From contig CAVSGM010000003.1 of assembly GCA_963727485.1 (NCBI GenBank), positions 384,001 to 448,000 on the forward strand: a DNA stretch of 64,000 nt, read 5' to 3'. Position numbers and translations under genes: made by a program. Below are positions 60,513 through 64,000 of this stretch, one piece after another. A model generated the notes under the pieces. That model saw only the letters and a list, made by a program, of their open reading frames with translations. It was not told where the DNA came from and searched no databases. Each line of letters opens with the position of its first letter. The first letter of the stretch is position 1. The DNA comes from an uncultured delta proteobacterium (GTDB taxonomy: Bacteria > Myxococcota > Myxococcia > SLRQ01).

Positions 60513-61223
60513 ATGGGCGAGCCGCTCCCGCAGGGCCCCCACCAGGCCGTCAGCCGCATCCGGGTCCTGAAGGCCGGGCGGCTGGGGTACGCCGAGGGCC
60601 TGGCGCTCCAGCAGCGCCTCGCCGCCGGCCGGGACGCGGGCGCCGAGCCCGACACCCTGATCCTCCTGGAGCACGACCCGGTCATCACCCTCGGCCGCGG
60701 CGCCCACGCGGAGAACGTGCTCCTCTCGGAGCAGCAGCTGGCGGAGCAGGGCGTGAGCCTCTTCCCCACCGACCGGGGCGGCGACGTCACCTACCACGGC
60801 CCCGGCCAGGTGGTCGCCTATCCCATCTTCGACCTCAAGCCCGACCGGATGGACGTCCGGCGCTTCGTCGCCTCGCTCGAGGAGGTGATGATCCGCACCT
60901 GCGCCGACCACGGCGTGACCGCCGGCCGCCACGAGGGGAAGATCGGCTGCTGGCTCGGGGGCGAGGTCTCCGAGGGGCCCTGGCGGAAGATCGGCGCCAT
61001 CGGCGTGCACCTCTCGCGGTGGATCACCACCCACGGGCTGGCGTTCAACGTGAAGCCCGAGATGGATCACTTCCGGCTCATCGTCCCCTGCGGGATCGCC
61101 GAGTACGGGGTGACCAGCCTGGCCACCGAGCTCGGCGAGGGCGCCTGCCCCACGGTGGCGGCGACCATGGACCGGATCGCCGGGCACTTCGCCGAGGTCT
61201 TCGGCGCCGCGGTGACCGGGTAG
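60513..61223 (+). CDS. lipB: Octanoyltransferase
   Basis: LEH.PV.TLG, RGGDVTYHGPGQ, KIGAIG, HGLAFN, IVPCG. Confidence 0.96.
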   Translation: MGEPLPQGPHQAVSRIRVLKAGRLGYAEGLALQQRLAAGRDAGAEPDTLILLEHDPVITLGRGAHAENVLLSEQQLAEQGVSLFPTDRGGDVTYHGPGQVVAYPIFDLKPDRMDVRRFVASLEEVMIRTCADHGVTAGRHEGKIGCWLGGEVSEGPWRKIGAIGVHLSRWITTHGLAFNVKPEMDHFRLIVPCGIAEYGVTSLATELGEGACPTVAATMDRIAGHFAEVFGAAVTG

Positions 61224-61325
61224 CGCGCGGGGCGGCGCCCATGGACCTCCAGGCGACCACGAGCCCCTGGCGCGGGGTTGTACCCCAGCCGGGGTTTGGT
61301 AGGTTTGGTCTGGAGGGATCTACCG

Positions 61326-61664
61326 ATGAAAGCACTTTCAGTCTCCGTGGCCGTGGTCGCGCTCGTGGTGGCCACGGCGTGGGGTATCGGGTGCGTTCAG
61401 ACCTGTCCGTCGAGCGGGTGTGGCGCCGACCAGAGATGCCAGCATACGGTCGACACCGGCACCTTCTGCTGCGGTGCGCCCGGGACGGCCCCGGGGGGCT
61501 GCTGCTACCCGCCCGACGGTGGCTCGGTCTGCAGTTGCATCGCTGACTACGGTATGACCGAGTGCACCACCGACGCCGACTGCTGCAGCGGTCACTGCGC
61601 CAAGGTCAGCGGCAAGCCTACGGCTCGCGGGCATTGCCTGCTGCCTGACGGCGGCACGCCATAG
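61326..61664 (+). CDS. Small secreted Cys-rich (lipo)protein
   Basis: GGAGG RBS, hydrophobic signal ending GIGC, 15 Cys, CTTDADCCSGHC. Confidence 0.7.
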   Translation: MKALSVSVAVVALVVATAWGIGCVQTCPSSGCGADQRCQHTVDTGTFCCGAPGTAPGGCCYPPDGGSVCSCIADYGMTECTTDADCCSGHCAKVSGKPTARGHCLLPDGGTP

Positions 61665-61682
61665 CCCGCCGGTCTCGCGCCC

Positions 61683-62552
61683 TCACCGCTTCTCGAGGTC
61701 GGCGTTGTACATGGCGTAGCGAAGCGCCAGCCCGCCGACCAGCACGCACACCGCCGCGGGCATCGGCGCCACCACCGCCCGCCCCAGGGCCGCCGGCGCC
61801 AGGAGCACCGCGGGGACGAAGCCGCCCACGGCGAGCCCGCCCCACCACATCGGCGCCAGCCGCCCGCGGACCAGCAGGCGCACCCGGGGGTGACCCGCGC
61901 CGAGGCGCCGGCGCAGGCGGTCGGCCCACAGCAGCGAGAGGATCACCACGCCGAGGGCCATCAGCCCGGTGGCGGCGCCGATGCGGAAGGTCGCCAGCCA
62001 CGAGCCAATCCACGGCCGGGCCAGCAGGTGGAGCGCCCCGCCCGAAGCCAGCGCCAGGGTGAGGAAGATGGGCCCGGGGAGCGTCGAGGCGCTGCCCACC
62101 GGCCGGGAGCTGCCGACGAGGAGCAGCCCGGTGTAGCTCGCCAGCCCCAGGGCGAAGACCACGGCAATCCAGTCGAAGACCCGGATCCCCGGCACCCGCG
62201 CCACCCCGAAGGCGGAGATCGACGCCAGGGCCATGAGCACCGCGAAGCCGGTCAGAAGCCACACCCCCAGCGACAGGGGCGAGACCGGCTTGAACACCGT
62301 GAGCAGCCGCCACATCCGCAGGGGCTTGGTGAGCTCGGCGGTCAGCAGCCCGGCGCCAATGGAGACCCCGATGAGCCCGGCGAGGTCGCCGAGGCGGGCG
62401 TGGGCGAGGCCCGCGGGATCGTGGAGGAAGATGCCGACGAGCAGCCCCACCACGTAACTTCCCGCGGCCAGCCCCCCAAGGAAGAACCACAGCGGCGCCA
62501 CCACCCGCCGGGGGAGGTGGTTGAGCGCGGTCCGTGGATCAGGGGCCGACAT
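61683..62552 (-). CDS. NrfD/PsrC-family membrane anchor
   Basis: FFLGGLAAGS, ELTKPLR.W, SPLSLGVW, YTG.LL; multiple TM helices. Confidence 0.85.
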   Translation of the reverse strand: MSAPDPRTALNHLPRRVVAPLWFFLGGLAAGSYVVGLLVGIFLHDPAGLAHARLGDLAGLIGVSIGAGLLTAELTKPLRMWRLLTVFKPVSPLSLGVWLLTGFAVLMALASISAFGVARVPGIRVFDWIAVVFALGLASYTGLLLVGSSRPVGSASTLPGPIFLTLALASGGALHLLARPWIGSWLATFRIGAATGLMALGVVILSLLWADRLRRRLGAGHPRVRLLVRGRLAPMWWGGLAVGGFVPAVLLAPAALGRAVVAPMPAAVCVLVGGLALRYAMYNADLEKR

Positions 62553-63298
62553 TGTGACCCGAGAGGAGCTGGAGCAGGATCGCCATCCAGAAGGCCGCCG
62601 CGGCGGCGACGCCAATCCACGCGCCGAGGAGCCGGTGGGCCGGCCGCTCCACCGTGGCCGGGTCGGGGAGGCCGTAGACCTCCGGCGGAATCCGGGAGGA
62701 CGGTGAGGACCCGCAGGCCCCCGAGGAGGTGCTCGCCGTAGAGGCTGGCGTCGGGGTGCCCGTTCTGGCGGAGCCTGGCCACCTGCCCGCGCCCGCGCTC
62801 GAGGAGGGCGTCGCGGTCGCCGAAGCGGATGGCGTCGGTGGGGCAGACCTTGGCGCAGGCGGGGCCGAGGCCGGCGTCGACCCGGTCGTGGCAGAAGGTG
62901 CACTTCTGGGCGATGCCCTTGGACGGGGACACCGCGATGACGTCGAAGGGGCAGGCGGGGACGCAGTGCTGGTTCCCGTTGCACACCTGGCCGTCCACCA
63001 GGACGAAGCCCTCGGCGTTCCTGGAGATGGCGCCGGTGGGACAGGCGTCGAGGCAGGGCGCCTCGGGGCAGTGCTTGCAGCTGTCCGAGTAGAACTGCCA
63101 GGGCGCCGGGCTGCCGGGGTCGCCGGCGCGGTCGACGAACTTCACGTGCTTCCAGGTGTCCCCGGAGAGGTGCCCCGGGCTCTCGTAGCCGGTGAGCGCG
63201 GAGACGGGCTCGATGGGCAGCTCGTTCCACTCCTTGCAGGCCACCTGGCAGGCCCGGCACCCGATGCAGGTGCTCACGTCGACGAGCATCGCCTTCAC
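62539..63298 (-). CDS. FdnH/HybA-like polyferredoxin with a C-terminal TM helix; frameshift at 62688-62692
   Basis: CIGCRACQVACKEWN, CKHC.EAPC..ACP, CNGNQHCVPACPF, KCTFC.DR...PACAKVCP; corrected end PPEVYGLP + TM. Confidence 0.88.
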
Positions 63299-63448
63299 GG
63301 GGCGGCATCCTACCCCGGGTGGCCGCTGGCGTCAGGTGCGGGTCCATGTAAGGGCCCCGGGCGTGGTGCAGCGCGTCATCCCGTCCATACTGGACCCGCA
63401 GTGCCCGCGGAGATGGGACGCGCGGCCGAAGCTTCCAGGAGAACCACC

Positions 63449-64000
63449 ATGAACCGCGTCCACGTCAGAGCCCTGTTCGTCCTCGCCGCCCTCGGCGGTG
63501 CCCTCGCCATGACCCCGGCCTACGCCCGGCCCTGGCGGGTCAACGAGATCCCCAACGGCAGCGTGAACAGCTGCTACACCTGCCACACCCAGAACGGCTA
63601 CTGGAACGCCTTCGGCACCGATCTGAAGAACAACTACGGCATCAACGGCCCCGGCGCGCCGCCGGTCCCCTGGGCCCAGGTCTACGACGCCGACTCGGAC
63701 CAGGACGGCCAGACCAACGGCCAGGAGCTCGGGGACCCCTGCGGGGTGTGGACCACCGGCTGCGCGCCCCAGTTCACCAGCGGCGTCTCCAACCCCGGCA
63801 ACCCCTCGAGCACCACCAGCACCATCCCCACCTGCAGCAACGCCGGGAAGGCGCCCGCGTGCCAGCAGGGCGGCGGCGGGGGCACCGGCGGGTCCACCCC
63901 AGGCACCACCTCGCCCAGCGGCTGCACCGCGGCGTCGGGGCCGGCGAGCCTCGGGGCCTTCGGGCTCATCGCCCTCGCCGGGCTGCTGACGCGCCGCCGC
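63449..64000 (+). CDS. Secreted temptin-like CxxCH protein with a MYXO-CTERM-like tail (stop just beyond the window)
   Basis: AGGAG RBS; MNRVHVRALFVLAALGGALAMTPAYA-RPWRVNEIPNGSVNSCYTCH..NAFG.D...DSDQDGQTNGQELGDPC..W...SNPG; tail SGC...FGLIALAGLLTRRR. Not in the ORF track. Confidence 0.8.
   Translation, partial: MNRVHVRALFVLAALGGALAMTPAYARPWRVNEIPNGSVNSCYTCHTQNGYWNAFGTDLKNNYGINGPGAPPVPWAQVYDADSDQDGQTNGQELGDPCGVWTTGCAPQFTSGVSNPGNPSSTTSTIPTCSNAGKAPACQQGGGGGTGGSTPGTTSPSGCTAASGPASLGAFGLIALAGLLTRRR

Noticed and set aside
61683..63347. Formate dehydrogenase operon with selenocysteine readthrough
   Set aside because: There is no alpha subunit and no in-frame TGA/SECIS context in the window.

Overview
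A very GC-rich (roughly 73-75% by eye), gene-dense bacterial chromosomal segment with about 55 CDS. It is most likely from Myxococcota, based on two MYXO-CTERM-like tails, CDDGxxCT Cys-rich repeats, a DUF2378-like gene and a GspE-N/GAF/HEAT protein. I found no rRNA, tRNA, CRISPR array or transposase. Main content: (1) five genes of an ethylmalonyl-CoA-type acetyl-CoA assimilation pathway in two blocks (Ccr-like, Mcl-like, Mcd at 7.5-11.5 kb; Mch, Ecm at 15-18 kb). The first block is led by a highly divergent crotonyl-CoA carboxylase/reductase-like enzyme, and both blocks carry near-identical promoters with a shared palindrome. (2) An SDR, histidine phosphatase, acyl-CoA dehydrogenase and APH-kinase operon resembling lva/ACAD10-11 4-hydroxyacid catabolism. 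(3) Kynureninase-like and atypical TDO-like genes flanking transketolase. (4) A cyclase-STAND-TPR gene, then a secreted ZU5-like protein with an HFS autoproteolysis motif, then a GspE-N/GAF/HEAT protein. (5) Secreted hydrolases. (6) A re-ordered lipA-E1b-E2-E1a-E3-lipB 2-oxoacid dehydrogenase operon. (7) An orphan FdnH-like/NrfD pair divergent from a temptin-like CxxCH surface protein. About ten genes carry single-base frameshifts; four of these are GATC-to-GATTC/GAATC insertions, which suggests methylation-linked long-read errors rather than pseudogenes. All family assignments come from motif recognition by eye; no database search was run.
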